64,000 nt of DNA from Octopus vulgaris (GCA_951406725.2 OX597825.1:74834001-74898000); one strand, 5' to 3'; shown: positions 26,969-40,238, counted from the first letter of the stretch. Notes: generated from the letters alone by a model not told the origin. Program-made: numbers and translations.

Positions 26969-27791
26969 TGTGTGTGTGTTTGTGTTTGTTTTATCTCTGT
27001 GTGTATTTGTATATGTATTAATTGTACTAAAGATTGTAGAGCTTCGCTAAGATTGCTTACAATTGAACGTAGCTAAACACGAGCAACCTACCTTTGCTAA
27101 ACTCTATCGTCTCTAGATAGAATTTGCAAATATAGGTCACTACTAGTGTTATATTACGCTGGATTCGGTGGAATATGCTAGAACGACGGCCATTTTAGCA
27201 GCATACTGTTTTCTTCGAATAGGCGCGATCTTAGTGAAACTCTATGATCCTTGATGTGTGTGTATGTATATGTGTTTGAATTTGTGTGTGTGTGTGTGTG
27301 TCTGTCTGTCTGTGTCTGTGTGTGTCTGTCTGTGTCTGTGTGTGTCTGTGTGTGTGTGTGTGTGTGTGTGTATGCATATGTGATTGAATTCTAATTTTTG
27401 TTATTTGAAATCTTCCAGTGCGGAAGGAGCTGGTTTCAAACAAAGATACAAAGCTCCATCTTTGGAATGTAGATAATAAAAACAATGTCACATTTTGAAT
27501 TTGTGAAAAGTCTTGCAAAGTTTTACTGTTTCGCCTATACTGTATCTGCAATGGCTGTTTTACTGTATCTGCAATGGCTGATTTTTTTTTTTTTTTCTTT
27601 TCTGAAAATCCCATCACATCCAGATTGCCACTTAAGCATTTTATCACAAAATCAAAACCAAGCGCACCAATTATTATTAGTATGAATGTGAATTTATAAT
27701 CTGAATATAGAAGCTGGAGGTTTCACATTAGCAGGGCAGCTGACCTCTATTACGGAACGTATATTTTCTTTTCTCTCCTAAACAACAATAT
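26394..27791. repeat. Inverted duplication, about 210-bp arms (26394-26602 / 27581-27791)
   Basis: Arms are reverse complements with only a few mismatches, e.g. GGCAATCTGGATGTGATGGGATTTTCAGAAAAG / CTTTTCTGAAAATCCCATCACATCCAGATTGCC. Confidence 0.95.
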
Positions 27792-28568
27792 CTGGCCTGT
27801 TATGTTTGTACTTTCACGGGATCTTGTTTTTAGGAATTCCAAATAAGTTATGAATACCCAAATTGTGAAGTAAGTTATGTATTAACATGAAATTAGTTAC
27901 CCGATAGTAAGAATTCAAATAAAGTAGCCCCGAAAGGAGCTTTAATGCATTCGCAGAGTATATAGAACTTCAGAAGAAACACTAATATAGTATAAATTCT
28001 AAAATAGTGAAGCATGTTATGTAATAACAGGCTAATCAGATATGAGATAATAATTCAAATAACTCTGAAAAGGGCTTTTGTGCGTTCCCAGAGAATTTTA
28101 CCCTCTGCGGCGCTAGTGTTGGTATATTCATAAATAAGTCACTAACCGAAATAAGTGGATCTATTGTTTAGGAAAATACTACTTACTTATTTAAAGGTTG
28201 TACTGGATAAATTGTGAAAATAACTCTAACAGTTCATATACTAAGAAATAAGCATACACAATTTCATTTATACCAAATAATTTAGGAAAATGAATGGTCT
28301 ATTTCCCTTGGCTATATATAAGGATCCCTTCCAGGGACGAATGGGCTATTTCCCTTGCATGTTGAAATAAAATATATTAGTTATATATAAGGATCCCTTT
28401 CAGGGCCCTATTATCGATTTTTCAATAATCTGAGTATGCCATGGGGTTTCCAGACATGAGTTCTACTCATGTGTCAAATTTCATCAAAATCGATAAAACG
28501 ATATAGGAGGTGTTAGCTAACAACTCCACAAACACACCCACAGATAGAATTTGCCACATATGTAGTAG

Positions 28569-28666
<98 letters not shown>

Positions 28667-28849
28667 ACTACGCTTGGCAGCCGGTGTTGGTATCTTTACA
28701 TCCCCGAAACTTAGCGATTCAGCAAAAAGACCGATAGAATAAGTACTAGGCTTACAAAGAATGAATCCTGGTGGTGGGATTTGTTCCACTAAAGGCGGTG
28801 CTCCAGCATGGCCGCACTCAAATGACTGAAACCTATAAAAAATAAAAGA

Positions 28850-29222
28850 ATGTGTGTGTGTGTGTATGTGTAGTTGGGTATGTATGTAAATATGTATACG
28901 TGGGTGTCTGTGTGTATGTATGAATCTAGATATGTGTGTGTGTCTGTAATTCTGTCTGTCTGTATATATGTATGTATGTACGTATGTATGCATGCATGCA
29001 TGCATGCATGTATGTATGTATGTATGTGTGTATGTATGTATGTATGAATGTATGTATGCATGCATGTATGTATGTATGTATGTGTGTATGTATGTGTGTA
29101 TGTATGCATGTATGTATGTATGTATGTATTTATGTATGTATGTGTGTATGCATGTATGTATGTATGTATGTATGTATGTATGTATGTATGTATGTATGTA
29201 TGTATGTATTTATGTATGTATG
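28850..29222. repeat. (TATG)n/(TG)n microsatellite field
   Basis: Read directly; source of MYVC/HTYI ORFs. Confidence 0.95.
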
Positions 29223-29579
29223 CGTAGATAAGCATGTGTACGTTCATAACTTGAAACTACTTTGCACGACTCGACATAGAACGTTTCCTCATTACGACCA
29301 AATAATTTACGTGAGAGAATTAAGAAACTTACCTACTTAAATTCTCAGATCAATCATAAATGTCTAGAACGTCTATTGATAAAATACAATAATGATTTTT
29401 ATCAATCAAAATGTCTGGCTAGTTTTTTTGTTGTTTTTTTTTGTTATTTTTTTTTTCAAGGAGAATGTTAAGTAATTATACAATTAACGTTTCCAGTTTC
29501 TGTTAAAAAACACTTTCACTGACATTTTGATGACATTGGCCATAGAATACAGATAATAATAATTACTATTTCAATTTTT

Positions 29580-30238
29580 GGCACAAGGCCAGCAATTTCG
29601 AGGAACGAGTAAGTCGATTGCGTCGACCCCAGTGCGTAACTGGCACTTAATCTAAGGGCGGCGAACTGGCAGAAACGCTAGCACGTCGGGTGAAATGCGT
29701 AACCGTATTTCGTCTGCCATTACGTTCTGAGTTCAAATTCCGCCGAGGTCGACTTTGCCTTTCATCCTTTCGGGGTCGATAAATTAAGTACCAGTTACGC
29801 ACTGGGGTCGATGTAATCGACTTAATACCTATGTCTGTCCTTGTTTGTCCCCTCTGTGTTTAGCCCCTTGTGGGTAATAAAGAAATAGGTACTTAATCTA
29901 TCGACCCCGAAAGGATGACAGGCAAAGTCGACCTCGGCGGATTTTGAACTCAGAACGTAGCGGCAGACGAAATACCAAGCATTTCGTCCAGCTTGCTGAC
30001 GATACGATTCTGCCAGCTCGCCGCCTTACAAATAACAATAATAATAATAATAATAATAATAGTAGTAGTAGTAGTGGGGGAGCATCATAGCCATGTGTTG
30101 AGAGGGATTCTTTGGGGTTTGAATAGTTCACCTCTGGAGACATGGGTCGTTCTTTGAACTCAGAACGTAGCGGCAGACGAAATACCAAGCATTTCGTCCA
30201 GCTTGCTGACGACGATACGATTCTGCCAGCTCGCCGCC

Positions 30239-30240
<2 letters not shown>
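29580..30240. mobile_element. Cluster of SINE family A copies in both orientations
   Basis: Plus copy about 29657-29887 nested in a minus copy; head fragment repeated at 29945-30027 and 30154-30239. Confidence 0.85.
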
Positions 30241-30318
<78 letters not shown>

Positions 30319-30968
30319 GTTTGCTTCTCAGCCACATGGTTCCGGGTTCAGTCCCACTGCATGGCACCTTGCACAAGTGTCCTCTACTGCAGCTCCACGT
30401 TGACCAAAACCTTACGAGTAGATTTGGCAGGCGGAAACTGAAAGAAGCCCGTCGTATATCTGTGTGTGTGTGTATGTGGATGGGTGGGGCGCGTCTGTGT
30501 GCCTTTTTGTTTGCCCCACCACCACCACCACTGCTTGACAATCGTAACATGTTTGTTTGCGCTCCAGTAACTTAGCGATTGGCAAAAAGAGACTGATAGA
30601 ATAAGTATTAAGCGTTAAAAAAAGTCGATATGCTCGACTCGAGTCCTCAAGACGGTGCTCCAGCATGGGTGTAGTCCAGTGAGTGAAACAAGTAAATTAT
30701 AAAATGCAATACAATAATCCCTTCTAATTTTGGTTCAAGGTCAGCAAATTTAAAGGTGAGAAGGATAAATGTATGCTCCACTGGTACTTGTTTTATTGAC
30801 TCCCGAAAGGTTAAAGGGCAAAGGTCACCTCGGCGGTATTTGAATTCGGAATGTAAAGAGCTGGGAATAATGCAGATAAGCAACTTAACCGACGTAATAA
30901 CGATTGACCTATCTCACCTTCATATTACTGATGATAAGTATCCGTTTTACTATAGGCACCAGCAGCGT

Positions 30969-31351
30969 GGAGGCACAATGGTCCAATGGTTAGGGCAGCG
31001 GACTCGGAGTCATGAGGATCGCAGTTTCGATTCCCAGACCGGGCGTTGTGTGTGTTTATTGATAGAAAACACCTAAAGCTCCACGAGTCTCTGGCAGAGG
31101 GTGGTGGTGACCCCTGTTGTACTGTTTCGCTCCAACTTTCTCTCACTCTTTCTTCCTGTTTCTTGTCCCCGACTTCCTACGCAACCGCCGAGCCTGGATG
31201 CGCATTCATTCATCTATCCGTCGATGCTCTCGGTGTCGGGGGTTGACCTGCTTTCTCTTCTGTGGGTCTTACGAATAGCAAAGGACCACGTTTCGGACTT
31301 CTCCCACTAATGGGACGAAAACCGCTTCGCTCAACAAACAAACAAACAAAC
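30969..31351 (+). mobile_element. tRNA-derived SINE, family C
   Basis: Reverse complement of 14010-14378, (AAAC)n tail. Confidence 0.88.
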
Positions 31352-31833
31352 AGCAGCTGCAATAACGACCAAGACAACGCGGGGGAACTGACTTGGTTGC
31401 TTGATCTATTAGTTCCACGAGGCTCCAGCAGGGTGGGGGCGACCCCTGTTGTACTCTTTCGCTACAACTTTCTCTCACTCTTTCTTCCTGTTTCCTGGTG
31501 TCGATTTGCTCGACTTAAGGCGGTGCTCCAGCATGGCCACAGTCACATGACTGAAACAAGTAAAAGAGTAAAGAGTATTTATTTTATCACTACCAAACGA
31601 ATGAAAGGCAAAATCAGTTGCGTTGATATTTGAACTCGGAACCTAGGGAACACTAAATTAAATATGCAAAAGGATTTGATTTAACATTGTAAATTATTGA
31701 GATGTACTTGCATAGCGAGTGACTTGATCTGAAATCGTGTGCTGGAACGAAAACAATTGCAGCATGGACGGTGTTTATAAGTCATTTAAGAAACACACAA
31801 AAACCGTTAGATTCACTTCAACATTTAAGTTTA

Positions 31834-31972
31834 ATTTGTCAAAATATTTTCGTCGCTTTGAGACCGCGACCCGTTCACTGACAAAACTTCGTGCTGCATC
31901 TCAGAGATGCAGCACGAAGCTTTGTCAGTGAACAGGTCGCGGTCTCAAAGCGACAAAAATATTTTGACAAAT
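31834..31972. repeat. Near-perfect palindrome (69-bp arms) containing hammerhead-like variant on each strand
   Basis: Centre CATCTC-A-GAGATG at 31903; three mismatches between arms. Confidence 0.93.
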
Positions 31973-32084
31973 CTAAATTATTAAACCAGGCAAAATGGCG
32001 TTGCTCTCTTTTTTCCTAGTTTAATAAAATAATGCGAAATTAAATTGCGTTATTACTAACAAAACATTTGTTTTCTCATTTCAG

Positions 32085-32528
32085 GATTTCTACATGTTAC
32101 TGCTTTCGTTTGTCCCCCAGGTGTGTTTAACTCCCTTATTCCAGACCCTAACAACTGTAAAAGATATTTTCACTGCCTTTCGGGTGGAAGGTATTATTCA
32201 AAGTCCTGTCCTCCTGAACTCCGGTTTGATCCTCGCCATAAGATATGTAACTGGCCTGCCTTGGTTCCTTGCCAAAATTCCAAAGTCGACAGTGAATATC
32301 TACAATTTGAAGACAATAGAAATGTTTTAGACCCATTTGATATAAGACCTTATAAATCCAACAGCTTTCAAGATGAAAATGAAGAACTGTTACCATTTAG
32401 TAGTAATGATGTTCTTCAACGCACGAACGGCGGCGTTTCCAAAGATGATAATCAGTTGGGAGCTGAATTTTCCGGAGATGTTGACACAGATACATTTTCT
32501 TCGTTGAAAGGAAATCAACAGGATGAAG
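32085..32528 (+). CDS. Exon 2: end of signal peptide, chitin-binding type-2 domain 1, acidic linker
   Basis: Branch point TACTAAC 32054-32060, pyrimidine tract, TTTCAG| acceptor (phase 1); six-Cys CBM14 FVCPPG..PDPNNCKRYFHCLSG..KSCPPELRFDPRHKICNWPALVPC; phase-1 donor AAG|GTTATT is weak and inferred from phase match. Confidence 0.85.
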
Positions 32529-33082
32529 GTTATTATCGTTTGTTTCTCTTTTCTTTTAATGATTCAATAATCTATAATTTGGTAATTAATTTATTGAGTT
32601 TTGCACAAATGTCAGTAATTAAATAGCAGAGGTTGCACCCTTCACCTCCTCAAGAAGTCTCGTCCGGTTAAACCCTACCACCTTGTCACTGGATGTCTTT
32701 AGCGGAATTTACCGTGTGGCAAACATTCCGGCCAGTTCTCTAATTTCAGGTTGGCATTTTCTACACCGCCGCCGCCACCATTCCTGGAAGCTCTGCAAAA
32801 GCTTCTTCGTACGACTAAGTCATTAAAAAAAAATAACCATTTAAAAAAGACTGTGCTAATACGAGAAATCAATTCTATTGTAGATCGATAAAGCTTAACA
32901 CATGTAACATAATTTTCTCACAAGAATTGGTTAAGTAGCTGTTCGTTAAAAGCGTAATCAACGTAAACAACTTAAGATCGAGTAAAAATAATCATTTATA
33001 GATAAAAAATATCTTCATATAAATTACTTCATTTTTGAATACGTTATTATTGTTTTGTTTTGTCTTTTGTTTTTTACTCTAG

Positions 33083-35763
33083 GAGTGGTGCAGAAATCTA
33101 CGGTAAAATGTGAATCCGCTTTCGGTTTTATGAGTGATCCGTACAACTGCGATATTTTTTATCATTGCTACATGTGGGTTCCTTTTCCGAAAATTTGTCC
33201 AAAAGGCCTTTTCTTTGATCATTTTACATTCGTTTGTAACTGGCCCCGAATGGTTAATTGTGTACAAGGCAAACGAGAAATGACATTCGATCAAATCAAA
33301 GTTAAAAGGAAGTCAAAATACAGACAAAAACAATCAAAGGTTCAGAATTTGCCAATGGAAATTAAAAACAACGAAATTACTTATTGGAATAATGAGAACA
33401 ATCTTGCTGACGATAAACTGAAAACTAAATTATCAGAATCCAATTCTTTTAAAGAAAGGAAATATCCAAAAATGGTTAAGAAAACAAAAATTATTAATAA
33501 CCCTTACACACAATTTAAAGCTCCAAAAATTTCAAACCATAATATTCGTCCGACCACTCGAACAAAGCCCCGTGAAAACATTAAAACGTTTACTCCAACC
33601 AGTTGGAATGTCGTGAGATCCACTAAGGAAATTGCCGACCAAAATTCCGACACAACAAAATTGGCCGAAATAGAAATCCATGGTCAAGAATCCGAACGTT
33701 TACAGAAAGAAATTACTAAATCTTCTACTAATTTACATGGGGTCAATGATATTATCTTTTTAGATATGAAGGATGTGATAAATGATGAAGAAGAAGTAAG
33801 AAACTCCTCACCCAATCAATCAACAGAATCTTTATATGAAAATCATCTCAATAAACGGGAACGATCTTCAGGCAACGATTCTGGCAATGAGACGACTATT
33901 CAGAATGTAAAAGTAACCAAACAACTATCAGAAAACCAAGACAAACTCTGGCAATTCGGTGACACTGAAGAAACGAAAACTGGTAATAGTTATACTACGG
34001 TTTTACCTGGGAACAAAAAAAATTCAAAGATGTATTTTAGTCCGAAGACTACCATTGATTATGGCATCAAGAATGTTGAAGACGATAAGGAAAATGTGTT
34101 GCCATCAGGTAACTTATACAGTACTTCAGACGAACTCTTACAAAAGACTAAGGAATCGATATTACTTGATAGAATCGATAAAACATATCCCCCAAACTTG
34201 CCAAACCAGACAGAGTTACTATCGTCGTTGATAGCAAAGGATATTATTCGCTGGGAACAGAGAACCAAAACTAAAAGTAATGCAGTGAAATCAAATAACG
34301 GAAATGACTCCGAATCTTCTACTGGAGCTCAAGCAAACACAGACCATCGTAATGTATCTGATGACCACAGATTTATCTCAGGAAACACAACAGATGCTCG
34401 AGTTAGTAGTGAACTTTTTCCTTTGATATCAAACCAAACTCAAAAGGAAATAGAAGACGTACAGACTTTAACAAGTTGCAACGACACTGATCTGAACTGT
34501 AAAATATACAATGAATCTAATGCGTTACTGGTTAATTCAAGCCTTTCTGAAAATACATACTTACCTAATATAAATAACACAATAGACAATAATGGAATAA
34601 TTGGAGGATTAAAATCTCATTCTTCTTATGGAAATTCAGAAACTACAACACACGTAAGTGGTATTGTCAAAGATCATAGCAATAAAATTATAAATTCTTT
34701 GAAAGATTCTAAACAAACTTCGATTGTGACAGAGAATTCCTCTGAAATAGTATTAAATCCTAATCTTAGCAATCATTTACAGTTTGATAAATCGTTAAAA
34801 ATGTCTTCGAACTCCAATGGAGCTATAACTAAGGAAATCTTTTCGAAATATTATACGCACCTCGAAGATAATTTAACAACGAACACTCCTGTTTTCAAGA
34901 GTAATGACTCCGAAAATATTTTAAAGAAAAATCCCACTCATTACATCAGCAGAAATTCTTTGAAACATGATATAAAGGATAGCCACTCCGAATCTAATAG
35001 TTTGGTCAAATCCTTACTAGAACAAAGGAATAGATTAGATCAGTCTCTGAATCAACAAAGAAAGAGTAGTTCTCTGAATTATAATGATGGAAATAAACTT
35101 TACTCGTATAAAAATGATTTTCACCCAACAACATCTAAAATAGGGTTTAGGGAAAACGCGAAAAATACTGTCAGAAATGAGTTACCGATGCTGCTTTTAC
35201 CGAGAGAAAATAATTCAAAGGAAAGGAAATACAAACAGTTATTTCCAGAGTCTGGAGGACTGAACTACCAGAATGTTGGTTCAGGGGACACAAAAAGGGA
35301 AAATTATTTTCGTGATAACAAATCTTTTGAAAAAAATTTAGTAAATTCAAACCCAGTGAGAAACTTACAAACAAATGCAAAATCCGTCCTTTCGACAAAC
35401 ATACTAAAACAATTATTTACTGCGAATCAAAATTATAACCAGCTACCTACTCAAATATCACTGATATTTCCAGAGAATGACAATCCGGTGGAAGATGATG
35501 ACAATAATAATAATTATATCAATGATTTTATGTCATCTAATGATTATCCCATGCCATACAATAACAGGAACTTGACGAAGGCCGTTTCTATTAGTATTCA
35601 AGGTGGAAATCTTTCTACTAAATCTATAAGTGAAGCTGAGTTGCAGGACTCAGGTGACTTTGTGTTGCAAATAAATGACACGAAGCAATCCATAAATGAC
35701 GATGAACTGGAAGAAAATAACGCGACGGGGATAATACACCATAATAATATCCTCCGAAAATAG
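33083..35763 (+). CDS. Exon 3, 5' frame: chitin-binding type-2 domain 2 plus Asn/Ser/Lys-rich disordered region
   Basis: Pyrimidine tract and CTAG| acceptor (phase 1); KCESAFGFMSDPYNCDIFYHCYMW..ICPKGLFFDHFTFVCNWPRMVNC; about 890 open codons in AT-rich DNA. Confidence 0.9.
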
Positions 35764-38454
35764 TTCACAAGAAGTTAGAAAATATGACGAACCCAGAGTA
35801 GAAGGTCTAAATGATACGAGTGAAACAGTAATACAAAACAAAATTGTAGATGAAGAAGAGAAACCTTTGGGTGAAATTGGAGAAAATCCGCAGATATTTG
35901 CTGGTGTTACAAGTAATATGGTGTCACTACAGAAGTCAGTTGAAAGAAATAGTACACTCGAAGAAAACTTAAACCCGAACAATCTCAAAGAAGATCGAGG
36001 GAACTCTTCGAATGAAGAAAACCTCTTAGAAACTACGAGTTTATCTGAACAGGAGACCATAACATCTGTTGAACAACCAACAACAGTTGCTTACGTGTCT
36101 GACGGGGATAACCTAACAATGGTTATTGTAGATAACAGTAACTTTACGCAGACGGACAATTTAAATTTTACTGTTGACTCTTTCGGCCAAATCGATCATT
36201 TCGTTAACACTTCGGAAACTTCAGAGCCAATACAAACATCAATAAGCAATACGTCAGCAGAAATAAATTCAACAAATGCCAATCCAAATAATAACATTAC
36301 AAATTTAAATACCAACCAAAGTGAACCAAATAGCCATGATTCAGTGATAAAAACTGACGAAAGTATTTCTATTGAAGGAGGTGATATTGACTATGAGGCT
36401 TCATTGAAAAGTAAATTAAAATTATTACTTAAACTGACAGAATCAGGTGAAAGAGCAAACCGTGTTAATGAAACTAGGCTCTTGCCGAGACAGAATTCTG
36501 AAAACAATATTACTTCTGTGACTAATAATGACAATTATTATTCTGAAGACACGAGCGTTAGTGTGGAAAACTTAATGAATAATTCTATGATTTCTAAAAA
36601 GGTAATAAAAAATACCAATTTCACAACAGCTGACTTTGTTGACGTAACTCTGAGTCCAGCAAATATAAAGTTTGAAGCAGATAAAGAGCTAAGCGAAAAT
36701 GAGCCAAGTTTAATGATCTCCAATAAAAGTGTTTCAGTGCTACAACAGTCAAATACGTCGCAATCAATAAACGCTTACTTGCCACATATTGTGTTTGATC
36801 GCTCTAACATCGGAAAAATAAATTCACTCGGCTTTGAAAGTAAAATCAACAATTCTCACAACATAAGTGAAAATGATGCTTATCCGGAACTTAATTCTTC
36901 TTTCAGTGAAGTTATCAACACAGATCGAAATGCTTCGATAAATCCAGAATTCTCTAAAAATAAAAGTAGAAAAGTTTCGCATAATTCAAAAGAAGCAATT
37001 TCGAATTATGATCAGCAACCAAGTAGATCAGAGAACATCATTAATGAGAGCTCTTCGGTCGAATTGGTTGCGCCACCGTTGTTAAAGATGAAAGACAGAA
37101 GCGGTAATCATAAGGTTGACGAACAATCTACTCCAAGTATTAGTTTAATTTCAAATGATAGCAAACCATTGACCAATGATTACGTGACTAATGACACTAC
37201 AACAGAGAACTACCTCAGTTTCGAATCCAATGATAGCAAAAGCCTAGATGATACTGAAAGCATTTTAGGGTTCTTGAATGAAACAGAATCGAATAATATT
37301 ACAGATCTTGATTCACAAATCACGCCAAATGAAATTAAATATTCGAATAACAATTTTACTGAAAGCATCACCAAAAATGTGACCTCTTTTATTTCTTCTT
37401 CTAATGTATTTTCATCATTTTCCTCAGAGATCGATACATTCCAGCAAGGACACACGGACGTGTCTGCTTCGGATTTGATGATTTATCAAAACCATACAAG
37501 AAATGAATCAGACGTTTCTCATACTGATACAGAAAATATAACTGATTCATCATTAAATTTACAATCAGCTAATAGTGTTAAATTTAATCAACAGAAACAA
37601 ACAGAAATTGATACATCTACCGAGGACTATAAACCTGTAGATAAAAGCGACAATTCGAAGATTGTACAACAGACTATCGACAATTCAACAGATTTAGGAA
37701 ATAACACACATTTCGATCGTCAACACAATTCTAGTTTTGAACAAAACATGAAAAACAGACCTCTCCATCCGGAAGAAAATCTACTGAATAAAACATTTTT
37801 GTCGATGAACAGAACTTTTCTAAACATTAATAATTCCTTGGATGAGTTCTTGTATAAAGGGAATGATACCTTTAATCAAATAAATATCTCGAGAGAGAAT
37901 CAAAGTTCGTTAGAGCATAAAGAGGGCAATTCGGTTTTTAAAATTGCGCTTCCAAACGAAGACAATTCGACAACACCTGACACAGCGATTGGAATATCCC
38001 GACAAGATTCTGAGTTTAAAAAAGGAATAACAGAATTTGCCCCCAATAATTCTGGGGTTTACAATGATTCAAATTTTAACCAAAGCATATCAGCAAATCT
38101 CAGTAAAAATTGGAATCTATGGAACGAAGAAATAGTAAATGATATTGTCACAAATGGAACGCTGACGAACGGTGTAGGCATCAACAGAAATAATAGCGAT
38201 TTAGAATTATCAACTCAAGCGAAAATTCCGAGCTCCGAGACAAAAATTCTGGAAGAACCAAATCTCAAAGGAAATTCGTTCAGCAATTTAACAATTAGCA
38301 CCATGATTTATATGGAAGAAATGGCAAATAATGGAACGACAATGGAGACAACGCTAAGTAGTAAATACCTGACGAACGAAACTGACCCTTTGGAGAATTA
38401 TCAGTCAAACGATTTAAACGATATTTCTAATTTAGAAGACACCACATCTAACAA

Positions 38455-38550
<96 letters not shown>

Positions 38551-38608
38551 CAGCAGCAGCAGCAGAGAGCAATTTCAGACAGAAGTTTCGACGAAAATTA
38601 CAATCTAG
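35735..38608 (+). CDS. Exon 3, 3' frame (+1): N/S/T/E-rich mucin-like tail ending in poly-Ser
   Basis: Frame is open from 35735 (upstream of the track's TTG start), same composition as the upstream ORF, about 50 N-X-S/T sequons by hand count; overlaps the upstream frame by 29 nt. Confidence 0.82.
38459..38563 (+). repeat. Coding (AGC)n(AGT)n(AGC)n repeat, about 35 Ser
   Basis: Read directly, in frame with the ORF. Confidence 0.92.
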
Positions 38609-39049
38609 ATATCTTTCAGTCAATTTGTGAAATTCGCCAACTTGATAAGCAACAATAACAACGGCAAAAAAAGATGGCAGCAGATTCTATTTTACGATAA
38701 CCCATTTAATTATTCAAATGAAGAGAGAGAATGTATTTCCAAGGCGAAATGGAAATAGAAATTCAAATGGATTTTATAATCAGTTCGAGAGATGCTAAGA
38801 CAATTCGTACGAATCTAAAGACACTGAGCAATCTCGTATCATTAAATGTGATGAACTTATAAATGAACGATAGATTAAAAGACTTCAGAACAATGAGACA
38901 AAAGACTACAAACACGCGCACAACACGTATACATATACATATGCAAATATATATATACACACACACACAATACATAGAAACACACATACGCAAAGAGATA
39001 AAAAGATAAAACACGTACATTTATATATATATATAGAGAGAGAGAGAGG

Positions 39050-39093
<44 letters not shown>

Positions 39094-39225
39094 GACAGAG
39101 ATGTATGAATGTATATACATATATATCTATATACATACACTCACGTATAAATTCATAAATATATATAAGTATATGCAATTAATAATATAAAACGTATTTT
39201 ATATATATATATATACATACATACA

Positions 39226-39292
<67 letters not shown>

Positions 39293-39294
<2 letters not shown>

Positions 39295-39505
39295 CTCAAA
39301 TTTACAGGAAACAAAAAGACGAAGACAGACAAGTGAGGGAACAACAAGAAGGTGTATGAGTTTGACGCTCGGGAAGAATGGAAAAGTCTTTGACGTTTCG
39401 AACCTACGCCCTTCTACAGAAAGTGTTGAGAGGGAAAAAATGGAGAGAAAGAAGAAAAAGAAACCAGAGAGAGAAAACAAGTGTAGGGATCAACGGTTCA
39501 GCATC
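39293..39505 (-). mobile_element. Penelope-like terminal fragment inside (TA)n, hammerhead-like motif at 39388-39423
   Basis: Minus strand CTTT-CTGTAGA-A-GGGC(GTAG)GTTC-GAAA-CG-TC-AAAG; homologous to 6233-6440. Confidence 0.6.
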
Positions 39506-40181
39506 ATGATGATGATGATGATATATATATATATATATATATATATTCAAAGGGTGTGACAGAGAAAGAAAGACAATGTCAGTGAGAGAAGCAAAATAAT
39601 AACAAAAATAACAATAAAAATAATAATATATATATAATTAATAACATTATAACAGACTCATACGTTTAAAATAACGTTATATTATTTACATATAATACAT
39701 CATTTATATTATTTTATATTATGAACAATACAAAAAGAAATGAACTGGAAGTCGCTCCAGGCTTTCAGTTTATTTACTCAGCTGTTATTTAAGACGTTTT
39801 TTCTTGATGTTTTCTGTTTTATATAATGATTAAAAAAATCAAAAGACAATCATTTATCGTTTAAGTTTTTGCTTGTTTCAATCATTAGACTGCGACCCTG
39901 ATGGGACGCTGCCTTGAAGGGTTTAGACGACTAAATCGTCCCCGGTCGATTTTTTTTCTATACCTGCTACTTATTCAATCGGTCTCTTTTTTCCGAACCG
40001 CTAGGTTACGAGGATGTAAACATACTAACACCGGTTGTGAAACAGTGATGGGGAACAAACATAAGGACACGGACACGCACATGTACCCCATCCATAGTGT
40101 ATGAATGTGTATGTATGTATGTATGTATGTATGTATGTATGTATATATGTATGTATGTATGTATATGTGTATATATATATA

Positions 40182-40218
<37 letters not shown>

Positions 40219-40238
40219 ATGTATGTATGTATATATAT

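Noticed and set aside
27800-28570. Additional Helitron-like ends (hairpin-CTAG|T at about 28116; TC start at about 28569 minus)
   Set aside because: Ends are in opposite orientations and cannot be paired into one element with confidence.
31160-31330. HDV-like or hammerhead ribozyme in the family C SINE body (GTCCC...CTAATGGGAC)
   Set aside because: Could not build the nested double pseudoknot or a complete hammerhead by hand.
32529-32626. Hydrophobic C-terminus of the 167-aa ORF as a membrane anchor
   Set aside because: T-rich run-on into intron 2 after the inferred donor.
33055-33082. MFCLLFFTL as a signal peptide of the 902-aa ORF
   Set aside because: Starts at TTG and is the translated polypyrimidine tract before the acceptor at 33082.
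35761-35778. A-to-I editing of the UAG at 35761 to fuse the two long ORFs
   Set aside because: Readthrough stays in frame 1 and meets another TAG five codons later; the downstream ORF is in a different frame.
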